The notes beneath the pieces were generated by a model, which made no database searches, was not told where the DNA came from, and saw only the letters and a list, made by a program, of their open reading frames with translations. The position numbers and the translations under genes are program-made. Below are positions 18,363 to 27,329 of a stretch of 64,000 nucleotides of DNA, piece by piece. This DNA is from Oscillospiraceae bacterium (lineage in GTDB: Bacteria; Bacillota; Clostridia; Oscillospirales; Ruminococcaceae). The stretch's first letter is position 1, and every line of letters starts with the position of its first letter. The DNA lies in the NCBI GenBank assembly GCA_024684395.1, contig JAIKWY010000094.1:10459-74458 (forward strand). Reading direction: 5' to 3'.

Positions 18363-18380
18363 AGTATCACCCATTTTTAT
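18348..18380 (+). terminator. intrinsic terminator overlapping trmD stop
   Basis: ATGGGTGATA-loop-TATCACCCAT followed by TTTTATT. Confidence 0.7.
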
Positions 18381-18542
18381 TGCATCATGCACATAATTGC
18401 ATGTTGAAATTTATCATCTTTCAACACAGTATTCCACCAAAATCCTGTAGTGAATATTCACAAACATTTAATAGCCAGACTATATGGCTTTGCCAAAACC
18501 GTAGAATTTTTCTGAAAAAGCACGAAACCCTCCAAAAAGCCG

Positions 18543-18571
18543 TTGACGAATTGAAAAAATGCATGTATAAT
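18543..18571 (+). promoter_or_regulatory. sigma-A-type promoter (ptsH)
   Basis: TTGACG, 17 nt, TATAAT, in an AT-rich spacer region. Confidence 0.65.
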
Positions 18572-18630
18572 AACAATATGCAAAGGAAACACACAAAAGC
18601 ATTACATTGCAAAGATGGGAGAGTTTGATT

Positions 18631-18903
18631 ATGTTTGTAAAAGATGTAACTGTACAGAATCAGGTTGGTCTCCATGCAAGACCTGCCACTTTCTTCATCC
18701 AGAAGGCTAACGAGTATAAGTCCTCTATCTGGATCGAGAAGAAGGAGCGCAGAGTGAATGCTAAGAGCCTTCTGGGTATCCTGTCCCTGGGCATCGTTGG
18801 TGGCACGGATATCCGCATCATTGCTGATGGCACCGATGAGCAGGCTGCCGTTGAGGCTCTGGTCGAGCTGGTCGAGAGCGGCTTCAGCGATGACAACAGA
18901 TAA
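18631..18903 (+). CDS. ptsH: HPr-family phosphocarrier protein
   Basis: Start trimmed to MFVKDVTV. The His15 context is GLHARPA and the Ser46 context is NAKSLLGIL. Confidence 0.93.
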   Translation: MFVKDVTVQNQVGLHARPATFFIQKANEYKSSIWIEKKERRVNAKSLLGILSLGIVGGTDIRIIADGTDEQAAVEALVELVESGFSDDNR

Positions 18904-18924
18904 GCACTAAAACCAACCGCAATG

Positions 18925-18960
18925 GGCGCTGCCAGAGTAATCCGGCAGCGCCATTTTTCT
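18925..18960 (+). terminator. intrinsic terminator after ptsH
   Basis: GGCGCTGCC-loop-GGCAGCGCC followed by ATTTTT. Confidence 0.8.
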
Positions 18961-19219
18961 GCACGGAGCCCGTGCAGGCAGGTTGCTTCGGCGGGGAGCC
19001 CCCGCGGGCAGGTTGCTTCGCGGAGTATGGTGCACCGCTTCACCGCCCGCTTGCTCCTTGCTTCGCAGAGGAGCAATGCTGTGCATTCTATCACATCGCA
19101 GCTAAAGCTGCTCTGATGCAGTTTTCTTGCGTTTCAACTTACGGTGCAATACAGCGCATGTTCTGCGGCTGTGCTTCAAACTAAAACCCGGCACGCACCT
19201 GCCCTGTGCGGGCACGCAC
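18958..19219 (+). repeat. composite intergenic repeat, family A copy 1
   Basis: Shares these modules with 27019-27195 and 59654-59922: CAGGTTGCTTCG, a hairpin plus T-run, CACATCGCAGCTAAAGCTGCTC (19092-19113), and GCGTTTCA..GGTGCA.TACAG. Confidence 0.8.
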
Positions 19220-20404
19220 CATGGTTTCTGCAAAGATGCCATACCCTCTTGTCGGATCCGAGACAAAGACATGCGTCACGGCGCCCACGAGCCGCCCGTT
19301 CTGTAGGATCGGGCTGCCGGACATGCCCTGCACGATGCCGCCTGTCTCCGCCAAAAGCCGCTCATCCGTGATCTCCACGATCATGTTGCGTGTCTCGTCA
19401 CGGCAGTCGATGGCGGTGATCTTCGCCGTATAGGGCTCCGGCTCGCCGCCGCTGACCGTGGTGAGGATCAGCGCATCGCCGAGCGTCACCTCCTGTTTGA
19501 GTGCCATCGGGATGGCAGCCGTCTCCGGCAGTGCATCCGCCGTGCCGAAGATGCCGCAGCTTGTGTTGTCGGTGAGCGTGCCGAGCGGTGCATCTGCCGA
19601 GAAATAGCCCTGGAGCTGTCCCGGCGTGCCGGGTCTGCCCCGGATGCTCCCACTGATGGTCACGCTGTCCGCTTCGCCGCTGCCGAGCGGGATGCGGCAG
19701 CCCGTATCCGGGTCACAGATGGGATGCCCCAGCCCTGCAAAGCTGCCGTCCTCGGGGTCATAGAACGTCAGCGTGCCGATCCCGGCGGCGCTGTCACGCA
19801 CCCAGAGCCCCGTCTGCCATGCCGCATCCGTGACCGACCAGACCGGCGTCAGCTTCACCTCAAGCGTCTTCCCGTCCCGGCAGACCGTAAGCAGCATGGT
19901 CTCCCCTGCCGATGCAGCCTCCCGGAGATCGCCGGAGGACGTGACCGGCACATGATCCGCCTCCCGGATGATGTCGCCCTCTATCAGTCCTGCCTCCTGT
20001 CCGGGGCAGCTCCCGCCGTCCTGTCCGCTGACTTCGCCGAAGCCGATGACCATGCACCCGTCCATCAGCATCCGAACGCCGAACGGCTCGCCGCCCGGTA
20101 TGAGCATGACCTCCTCCGCCGGTGCCACCTCGACCGTCTTGATGGGAAAGATGCCGAACAGCCGCAGTGCTGCCGCATCGTGGCTCGCGCCCGTGTAGGC
20201 CGTGCTGACGGTCTCGCCGGTGCTGACAGCCGTGATGGGGAGCGCCGCTGCGATGTGCAGGGTCTCGCCCTGCCGGACGCTATAGGCATCCGCAAGCGAT
20301 GACGCATAATACAGCGAAGCCCCGACCGGCACCAGGAACGCCAGCCCCGCCGCCGCAAAGAGCTGCCGGAAAAGGCGTGAATTTGCCAATTTTTTTAGTT
20401 TCAT
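19181..20404 (-). CDS. spoIVB: SpoIVB peptidase (stage IV sporulation)
   Basis: 407 aa. It has an N-terminal TM, a PDZ-like region and a protease region (GIGTLTFYDPEDGSFAGLGHPI, IVQGMSGSPI). The last 12 codons lie in an intergenic-type repeat. Confidence 0.88.
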   Translation of the reverse strand: MKLKKLANSRLFRQLFAAAGLAFLVPVGASLYYASSLADAYSVRQGETLHIAAALPITAVSTGETVSTAYTGASHDAAALRLFGIFPIKTVEVAPAEEVMLIPGGEPFGVRMLMDGCMVIGFGEVSGQDGGSCPGQEAGLIEGDIIREADHVPVTSSGDLREAASAGETMLLTVCRDGKTLEVKLTPVWSVTDAAWQTGLWVRDSAAGIGTLTFYDPEDGSFAGLGHPICDPDTGCRIPLGSGEADSVTISGSIRGRPGTPGQLQGYFSADAPLGTLTDNTSCGIFGTADALPETAAIPMALKQEVTLGDALILTTVSGGEPEPYTAKITAIDCRDETRNMIVEITDERLLAETGGIVQGMSGSPILQNGRLVGAVTHVFVSDPTRGYGIFAETMVRARTGQVRAGF

Positions 20405-20509
20405 CTGTCACCAACCTTCCGTACATGAGACAATGCTCCATGCACAGTAATAGGATGGACGAAACGGGACAGAATATGACCGTGAAGCATTGTAAGGAGT
20501 GGAAAAACC

Positions 20510-21037
20510 ATGAAAAAATCAGCGAAATTCCTGCATACCCTGCTCACCGTCCTGCTGCTTCTCACAGCGGCGGTATACCCGGGCTTCATGGCGATGATGT
20601 CGGCTGCCGGATGGCTGTACAACGTCCGGCAAGGCGCTTATCCGGCGGTATTCCGTTCCTTTGCGGGATGGATGATCGCCGGGGGCATATTGCTCTGCGT
20701 CGGCGCCGTCTTAGCGGTGCTCTCCGCCAAGCCGAAGCGCTGGAAACTTGCCCCGGTGAGCATGGGCGCTGCCGCCGTTGGGCTTGCGGCGTGCCTGTCC
20801 TCGCTGTACCGGTTCACGGCCTACGCGGATCAGCATTTTTCCGGCATTGGCGAGACGATGCAGCCCGTGAGCGACCTCTACCGCACCCGGCTCCTGCCGG
20901 TGATCCTCCCGGCGGTGCTGACGCTGGTACTGGCGGCGTGGCATCTGCTTTCGGAGGAGACACGCGACTACCGCAGCAGGAAGCGTGCCGAGCGCCTCGC
21001 CGCAGAAAATGCCCCTGCGCCGAAGATCGTGGACTAA
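20510..21037 (+). CDS. hypothetical membrane protein
   Basis: 175 aa. Four or five hydrophobic segments and a basic C-tail. SD AAGGAG. Confidence 0.6.
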   Translation: MKKSAKFLHTLLTVLLLLTAAVYPGFMAMMSAAGWLYNVRQGAYPAVFRSFAGWMIAGGILLCVGAVLAVLSAKPKRWKLAPVSMGAAAVGLAACLSSLYRFTAYADQHFSGIGETMQPVSDLYRTRLLPVILPAVLTLVLAAWHLLSEETRDYRSRKRAERLAAENAPAPKIVD

Positions 21038-21131
21038 AGGCGTCTTACCGCCTTTTCCGGGCATGATACCCCATATGCCCCACAGCAACATAAAATATCC
21101 CCAAAAACATTGATTATGCTATTGACAATTA

Positions 21132-21160
21132 TTTGTAATAGGTATATAATGGTAATAGGT
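21132..21160 (+). promoter_or_regulatory. sigma-A-type promoter (CBM protein + sORF)
   Basis: TTGACA, 17 nt, TATAAT. Confidence 0.7.
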
Positions 21161-21209
21161 TCCGATACAGTGGCGGAACTGAAAAACAAGGAAATCAAAG
21201 GAGGATATT

Positions 21210-22520
21210 ATGAAAAAGATTCAATCGCTATTACAAAAAGAAGACTTCCTGAAAAAAGCCCTGTCCGTATTCGTCGGGCTCTGCCTGGTGATGACTTCGC
21301 TGATCGGTGTCTTTGTATCATCCGCAAGTAACACCATTACAGTATACTTTGTAGATAGTCAGTACTGGGGCACCCCGAATGTTTACTATTGGAACGACGG
21401 TCCGGCCTGGCCGGGCACCGCAATGACGTTTGATTCTCAGAACGATTTCGGTCAGGACATCTACAAGGCGGAGATCCCCGCTGACGTCGAAGGTATTATT
21501 TTTAACGGCAACGGTAATCAGACCGTAGATATTACGGAAAACATTACCAACGGCATGGCATGGCATCTGAATGGTGGGCGTAACGGCTCTCAACTTGATG
21601 TTGATTCCTATTATCAGGGAGCTCCTGAAAATAACGACCCTACCCAGCCTTCCTACCCGCCGGAGGCTTCAAAGGTTGAGATCTTCCCTGCAACCGTCAA
21701 TCTGAATCCTGACTTTACAGTTGATTCTATCACACTCGACGGAAATGATATAGAAGATCTTAGCGAATTTACTGTCACATACGGCACAGAGACTTCTCAT
21801 GAAGCAACATCTGTTCCCACTGCACCCGGCACCTACAGAGCATTTGTGACCGCAAATAAAAACAACTCTGTCTTTACCGGCACGGCAATGAGCGAAGAAT
21901 TTACGATCACTTCCCCCATGCTGGAATGGCTGAAAGCCACTTGTGTGCAAACTCATGACAGCGGGATCAAACTGAGTTCCGCCGCTTTTACCGTTGCCGC
22001 TGCGGCAAGCCAGAACGGCTCGGTATCCGAAGCGCTCCGCGGCTTCAAGGCTGACGGTACAACTGATGATACACTGTTCCTCTCAACAGAGGTCACCGAT
22101 CAGATGAATGTTGCACAGGCGATCGAGCAGTTGAAGAATGCCGGTGTTGCCTACATCGTTACCGAAGCGGAGTACACGAAATACCTTACCACGCTCATCA
22201 CCGGCAAGCAGTACAAGCAGACAGCGACATCTACCGATCCTGATACAGATGCAACGATCTATTACACCCGATTTGTCTTTGTTGTCCCGATGGATGACGC
22301 TTTCAACAGTGCCAGCGGCATCGAGTTCACCGTGACCGACGGCAGAGAAGGCCAGAATAACCAGGAATACGATTTCACATCCCATACCTACTACACCAGC
22401 ATGACGACCAACAATATGACATATACCACAGATTCTGAGAACAGCGCACTGCTCGTCGTGACTGTCAGCAGCGGCTCGGACATCAGCGATTACCTGACCT
22501 GCGACTATAGCTTTGTTTAA
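21210..22520 (+). CDS. secreted protein with N-terminal CBM25/26-like (putative starch-binding) module
   Basis: Signal/TM: ALSVFVGLCLVMTSLIGVFVSSA. Next is ITVYFVDSQYWGTPNVYYWNDGPAWPGTAMTF...GIIFNGNGNQTVDI, the typical starch-CBM pattern. The remainder has no recognisable domain. Confidence 0.7.
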   Translation: MKKIQSLLQKEDFLKKALSVFVGLCLVMTSLIGVFVSSASNTITVYFVDSQYWGTPNVYYWNDGPAWPGTAMTFDSQNDFGQDIYKAEIPADVEGIIFNGNGNQTVDITENITNGMAWHLNGGRNGSQLDVDSYYQGAPENNDPTQPSYPPEASKVEIFPATVNLNPDFTVDSITLDGNDIEDLSEFTVTYGTETSHEATSVPTAPGTYRAFVTANKNNSVFTGTAMSEEFTITSPMLEWLKATCVQTHDSGIKLSSAAFTVAAAASQNGSVSEALRGFKADGTTDDTLFLSTEVTDQMNVAQAIEQLKNAGVAYIVTEAEYTKYLTTLITGKQYKQTATSTDPDTDATIYYTRFVFVVPMDDAFNSASGIEFTVTDGREGQNNQEYDFTSHTYYTSMTTNNMTYTTDSENSALLVVTVSSGSDISDYLTCDYSFV

Positions 22521-22534
22521 TGGAGGACACGACC

Positions 22535-22669
22535 ATGAAAGAACTGTACACCGCTCCCACGCTGGAGATCACCAAGTTTGACGAAGAAGACATCATCACC
22601 GCTTCCCCGCTGAAGCAGGGCACCGATCCCGGCAACCCGAGCGGAAAAGGCGACATCGAGATCAATTGA
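22535..22669 (+). CDS. small ORF (44 aa), EDIITAS-motif peptide, paralog of 43089..43193
   Basis: GGAGGA, then 7 nt, then ATG. My own translation is MKELYTAPTLEITKFDEEDIITASPLKQGTDPGNPSGKGDIEIN. A terminator hairpin follows. The second copy in the window shares 15 of the first 24 residues. Confidence 0.6.
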   Translation: MKELYTAPTLEITKFDEEDIITASPLKQGTDPGNPSGKGDIEIN

Positions 22670-22687
22670 CAGAACACACGAACCCCA

Positions 22688-22725
22688 GATCCCCCTTCCC
22701 AGCCGGAAGGGGGATTTATCTATTC
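22688..22725 (+). terminator. intrinsic terminator after sORF 22535..22669
   Basis: GATCCCCCTTCC-loop-GGAAGGGGGAT followed by a T-rich tract. Confidence 0.75.
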
Positions 22726-22784
22726 TGCACAAAAACAAAGCCCATTTTTTGACGTCTGCGAATGTGAACTTTCTGTGTACAGGC

Positions 22785-22814
22785 TTGACAAATCCGCCCC
22801 CTGTAAGGTATAAT
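22785..22814 (+). promoter_or_regulatory. sigma-A-type promoter (LRR-dockerin gene)
   Basis: TTGACA, 18 nt, TATAAT. The leader is about 110 nt. Confidence 0.65.
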
Positions 22815-22928
22815 AAATGTGTATATATCTTTTGTGAGAGGACAAAAGAATATGGTACATTTTGCCTGTGCTCCAGGGGAAAGAGTGAAGGGCAAACGAT
22901 TTCAACTCAAAGAGAGGAAGGATTTATC

Positions 22929-24803
22929 ATGAAGACGAAAAGAATTGCTGCCGGATTGCTTGCACTCGCAATGGTATGCGGTTTCAGTGCTCCGGTACTT
23001 GCACAGACCGGTGCGGAGACCGTCGCAGTGCAGGCAGCTGACAAGCCGAGCTGGGATGTCAAGAAGTACTACAAAACGGAGGACGGTCTGTTCCAGTTCC
23101 AGTACGTACAGGCTGGCTTCGTCCAGATCATTGAACTTCTGGACACATCCGTTGCAGACGTTGTGATCCCGAGCGAGATCAAAGACGACAAGACCGGACT
23201 GTCATTCCCGGTACAGGTCATCTACGGCAGCGCTTTTGCAGGCAAGACCAATGTGAAGACGGTCTCCATCCCTGACACGGTCGTAAAGATCGGCCCGTAT
23301 GCATTCAGCAACTGCACGAACCTCGAAGAAGTCACCGGCATGGGTAAGGTCGAGTACATCAACGAGGATGCATTCCTGAGCTGCACCAGCCTGAAGGAGC
23401 TCAACCTGCCGGATACCGTTGTATCCCTCGGCAATGAGTGCTTCTCCCACTGCGACAGCCTGACAGAGCTGACCATCCCGGGCAGCGTGACCTACCAGGG
23501 CAACAACATCGCAAGTGCCTGCGCAAACTTAAAGACCATCACGTTCGGTGAAGGTATGCCGATCATCGGTCAGTACTTCGCCTATCTGTGTCCCGCACTG
23601 GAGACCGTGAAGATCTCCAGCACGATCAAGTCCATCGGTCTGGGCGCATTCGCCTACTCCGGCATCATCAGCGCCGAGATCCCGGATACCGTACAGCGCA
23701 TGGATAACGACGTGTTCACCAACTGCCTGCGCCTCGAGGAGTGCAAGCTGTCCGAGTCGCTCACGATGATCGGTATGAACACCTTTGCGACCTGCCCGAA
23801 CCTGAAGGCGATCACCATCCCGAGCAATGTGACGATCGTTTCCAACAACGCATTCAGCTTCTGCTCCAGCCTGACCAGCATCGAGATCCCGGAGGGTGTT
23901 ACCCGAATCGGCGAGCACACATTCTACGGCTGCGAGAACCTCGAGAGCGTCAAGCTCCCGTCCACGCTGACCACCATCGGCGGCTACTGCTTCTATGACT
24001 GCGACAAGCTCGACAACGTCGTGCTCCCGGAGAGCCTCGAAACGCTGAACAACTATGCGTTCTATGACTGCGATTCCCTGAGCAGCATCGTGGTACCGGC
24101 TTCCGTTTCCAAGATCGGCGGCTTCGTATTCATGAACTGCGACAATCTCCAGAGCGCAAAGTTCGAGGGCTCCCTCGATTCCACCGGTATCTGGACATTC
24201 TCCGGCTGCCGCAACCTGACCGAGGTACAGTTCCCGGAGGGCATGACCACCCTGTCCAACCATTGCCTCTACAACTGCAAGTCTCTCGAGAGCGTTGAGA
24301 TTCCGGAGACTGTGACCAAGATCGACCAGTATGCACTTTCCGGCACGGACAAGCTGACCACCGTCAACATCCCGGCTGGCGTTGAGACGCTTGGTGAATA
24401 TGCTGTCGGCTATGGCGAAGGCGCACTCCCGGATGTAAACCCGGATGTGACCGTTGTCAGCGATTCCCCGGCAGTACAGCAGTTCCTGAAGGATAACGGC
24501 ATCGGCGAGACCGGCGAGAAGCCCACCGATCCCGAAGAGCCCACCGAGCCGCAGCCCGGCGTGCTTGGCGACGGCGATGCAAATGAAGACGGTGCTGTTG
24601 ACATCCTCGACATCATCGCACTCCAGAAGTTCCTGCTTGGCTCCGGCGAGCTCAAGAACTCCAACAATGCCGACATGAACGGCGACGGTACGCTGGATGT
24701 CTTCGACCTGGCTCTGCTCAAGAGAAAGATCCTGGACACCGAGAAGAACACCCCAGACGCTGAGATCCCGGTACAACCGACTGATCCGGTCGCTGCTGAG
24801 TAA
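22929..24803 (+). CDS. BspA-type leucine-rich-repeat surface protein with C-terminal type-I dockerin
   Basis: Start trimmed to MKTKRIAAGLLALAMVCGFSAPVLAQ. There are many repeats of roughly 23 aa (IPDTV..IG..AF..C..L). The C-terminus is DANEDGAVDILDIIALQKFLL...DMNGDGTLDVFDLALLKRKIL. Confidence 0.85.
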   Translation: MKTKRIAAGLLALAMVCGFSAPVLAQTGAETVAVQAADKPSWDVKKYYKTEDGLFQFQYVQAGFVQIIELLDTSVADVVIPSEIKDDKTGLSFPVQVIYGSAFAGKTNVKTVSIPDTVVKIGPYAFSNCTNLEEVTGMGKVEYINEDAFLSCTSLKELNLPDTVVSLGNECFSHCDSLTELTIPGSVTYQGNNIASACANLKTITFGEGMPIIGQYFAYLCPALETVKISSTIKSIGLGAFAYSGIISAEIPDTVQRMDNDVFTNCLRLEECKLSESLTMIGMNTFATCPNLKAITIPSNVTIVSNNAFSFCSSLTSIEIPEGVTRIGEHTFYGCENLESVKLPSTLTTIGGYCFYDCDKLDNVVLPESLETLNNYAFYDCDSLSSIVVPASVSKIGGFVFMNCDNLQSAKFEGSLDSTGIWTFSGCRNLTEVQFPEGMTTLSNHCLYNCKSLESVEIPETVTKIDQYALSGTDKLTTVNIPAGVETLGEYAVGYGEGALPDVNPDVTVVSDSPAVQQFLKDNGIGETGEKPTDPEEPTEPQPGVLGDGDANEDGAVDILDIIALQKFLLGSGELKNSNNADMNGDGTLDVFDLALLKRKILDTEKNTPDAEIPVQPTDPVAAE

Positions 24804-24828
24804 GCAGATCTCTGATCCAAAAACCATG

Positions 24829-24867
24829 CCGCTTCGGGAGATTTTCCCGGAGCGGCTGCCTTTTGTT
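24829..24867 (+). terminator. intrinsic terminator after LRR-dockerin gene
   Basis: GCCGCTTCGGG-loop-CCCGGAGCGGC followed by TGCCTTTTGTT. Confidence 0.7.
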
Positions 24868-25056
24868 AAAAAGTTATCAACATATACAACCTGTGTGCAG
24901 ATACATTCCACCCTTTTGCATACTATGACGAAATGGTTACAGCTTGTCATCAAACTGTAATCATTTTTTTATTTCTTTATTCCAAGGAATGTGGTATACT
25001 TAGATTGTATCTTAGAATGTGTGGAAATTCGGCGATTTTTTCGCCGGCGTGTATGT

Positions 25057-27018
25057 ATGAAAGGAAGGATCGTCTTGCAGAATCGTCAGGAGCTGGAGGA
25101 CATTGTCAACAGTGTGACAAACGCTGCACGGGAACAGGAGAGAAAGCGTGCCGAAGCAGAAGCTGCCGCAGCAGCCGCAGCAGAAGCCGCCGCCGCAGAG
25201 CAGGCAGCAGCAGAACCTGCTGCACCGCAGCCGACCCCGGCGCAGGAAGATAAAATGGCTGCCATCAAAGCAGCACTTGCACAGAAAAATGAAGAAGAAG
25301 GGCTCGTCGATCAGCCCGTCAGCCATGAGGAGCTCAAGCCGCTGCACCGCATCAGCGAGCACCGGCAGGAGACCCGGAAGGCTGCCGCTGACACCACCGA
25401 GATCCCGGCTTTGCGCCCTGCATCTCATGCAACGGTGAAGCCCGCATCCGAGAAGGATACGCAGCCGCACCATACGCCTGTCAAGTCCGTGAAGCCCGCT
25501 TCCAAGAAGACCGGCGCTCCGGCGACTGGCAAGAAGTCCGGCAAGAAGGGCACAAAGTCCGCCAAGAAGACCAAAACGCCCAAGCCGATCTCCGGCAATC
25601 CGAAGAAGCCGCTGATCTATGCAGGCGGCATCGGCGCATCCGTACTTGTAGCGTGCCTGATCGGCTTTGTTGTCGTAGCGGGTACATACAAGGGCAAGTT
25701 CCTCCCGAACACGCTCGTGAACACGGTGGACGTTGCCGGTATGACGACCGAGGAAGCCTCCTATACACTGATCCAGAACATGAATGCCGCCGATCTGCAT
25801 CTGCTCGATCACAACGGCAAGGAGGTCGTATTCAGCGCCTCCGATTTCGATGCCGGCTACAGTGTACCGGACGGCGCACTGGCAGAGGCTGCCGATGAAA
25901 ACCCGTATTCCTGGGTCGGCAAGCTGTTCGGTGCTTCGGAGTACCAGATCACTTACGACTATCACTACAATGCCGACAAGCTCCGCAAGCTCATCAAGAA
26001 CTATAACTGGGGCGATGCCGTTTCGACCGATGCACACATCGTCCGCCAGGAGAACGGCGATTTCACGATCGAGAAGGAGACGCTGGGTGACCAGTTCGAT
26101 GTGGACACGCTGATGAACTACCTCGGCGAGCAGCTTCAGGACGGCAAGGTCATCCTCAACATGGAGGATTCCGGCTGCTATGGTCCGTATATGGCGCAGA
26201 TCACGGCAGACACCCTGCAAGGCGAGTTAGAGCTGTATAACAGCTACGCCAAGTGCAACATCACCTTTGACTTTGATGACCGCAAGAAGAAGGTTGACAG
26301 CAGCATGATCGTGGACTGGATCATGACGCTTCCGGATGGCTCTGTGATGAAGGATCATGACGGCGGTCTGCTGTTTGACCGTGACAAGGTGGGCGCATTC
26401 GTGCAGCAGATGGCTGCCGAGACCGACACCTGGGGCACCTCCCGCTCGTTCTATGCCACCCTTGACGGCTGGATCACCGTGCCGTGGAACGGCGACTACT
26501 CCAGCACCTACGGCTGGCTGATCGACCAGGATGCCACCATCGACCAGCTCATCGAGCTCATGCGTGAGGGCAAGAGCGCTACCGTTGAGCCGGTATACAA
26601 GCAGAAGGGTCTTGTCCGTGGCGCTGATGACATCGGCACGACCTATGTTGAGGTAGACATCTCCGCACAGCACATGTGGGTCTACAAGAACAACGTCGTT
26701 GTACTGGAATCTGACATCGTATCCGGTACCGAGACCGACAAGGAACGCCGCACTCCGAGAGGTATTTGTCAGATCTGGTCGCATGAGAGCCCGAGAAAGC
26801 TCGGTACCTATGCAGTCCAGGGCTATGAGTGCTGGGTAGACTACTGGATGCCCTTCAACTACCTCGGCTGCGGTTTCCACGACCTGGGCAGAAGCCGTTA
26901 CGGCGGCAGCATCTATATGTACAACGGCTCGCACGGCTGCATCAACCTGCCGCACAGCGTCGCCAAGGAAATGTACAACATCACCTTCAACGGTATGCCC
27001 GCCATCATCCACGACTAA
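25057..27018 (+). CDS. L,D-transpeptidase family protein (YkuD domain)
   Basis: It has an Ala/Lys/Pro-rich N-terminal region, one TM, and the C-terminal catalytic motif SHGCINLP preceded by YLGCGFHD. The start is uncertain within about 60 nt. Confidence 0.85.
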   Translation: MKGRIVLQNRQELEDIVNSVTNAAREQERKRAEAEAAAAAAAEAAAAEQAAAEPAAPQPTPAQEDKMAAIKAALAQKNEEEGLVDQPVSHEELKPLHRISEHRQETRKAAADTTEIPALRPASHATVKPASEKDTQPHHTPVKSVKPASKKTGAPATGKKSGKKGTKSAKKTKTPKPISGNPKKPLIYAGGIGASVLVACLIGFVVVAGTYKGKFLPNTLVNTVDVAGMTTEEASYTLIQNMNAADLHLLDHNGKEVVFSASDFDAGYSVPDGALAEAADENPYSWVGKLFGASEYQITYDYHYNADKLRKLIKNYNWGDAVSTDAHIVRQENGDFTIEKETLGDQFDVDTLMNYLGEQLQDGKVILNMEDSGCYGPYMAQITADTLQGELELYNSYAKCNITFDFDDRKKKVDSSMIVDWIMTLPDGSVMKDHDGGLLFDRDKVGAFVQQMAAETDTWGTSRSFYATLDGWITVPWNGDYSSTYGWLIDQDATIDQLIELMREGKSATVEPVYKQKGLVRGADDIGTTYVEVDISAQHMWVYKNNVVVLESDIVSGTETDKERRTPRGICQIWSHESPRKLGTYAVQGYECWVDYWMPFNYLGCGFHDLGRSRYGGSIYMYNGSHGCINLPHSVAKEMYNITFNGMPAIIHD

Positions 27019-27195
27019 GGCAGCGTGACGCTGCACCCAGGTTGCTTCGCAGCTTGCTACTGCACTACTTCGATTATCGCTTGCCCCCAATGCCTTGCGG
27101 CAAAGGGGGCAATGCTGTTTTTTCTTAGGACATCGCAGCGAAAGCTGCTCTAATGCAGTTCTTTTGCGTTTCAGACAATGGTGCATTACAGATTT
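27019..27195 (+). repeat. composite intergenic repeat, family A copy 2
   Basis: ACATCGCAGCGAAAGCTGCTC at 27130-27150. The flanking modules are in the same order as copies 1 and 3. Confidence 0.8.
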
Positions 27196-27223
27196 TTCAC
27201 ACCTGCTCCACATCAATATTTGA

Positions 27224-27252
27224 TTGACAAACCCGCTGTTTTATATTATAAT
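27224..27252 (+). promoter_or_regulatory. sigma-A-type promoter (GGDEF gene)
   Basis: TTGACA, 17 nt, TATAAT. The leader contains the nested hairpin GGTGTTC...GAACACC. Confidence 0.65.
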
Positions 27253-27329
27253 GAGACCATAAGGGGGGTGTTCCCGCTTCGCTTGGAGAAGCGTCCGGCG
27301 AACACCGATCATTTGGGGGGATAACGAAG

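Noticed and set aside
18380-18628. 82-aa ORF in the AT-rich spacer between trmD and ptsH.
   Set aside because: It has no SD. It overlaps the ptsH promoter (18543-18571). Its Cys/Lys/Asn-rich sequence is typical of random translation of AT-rich DNA.
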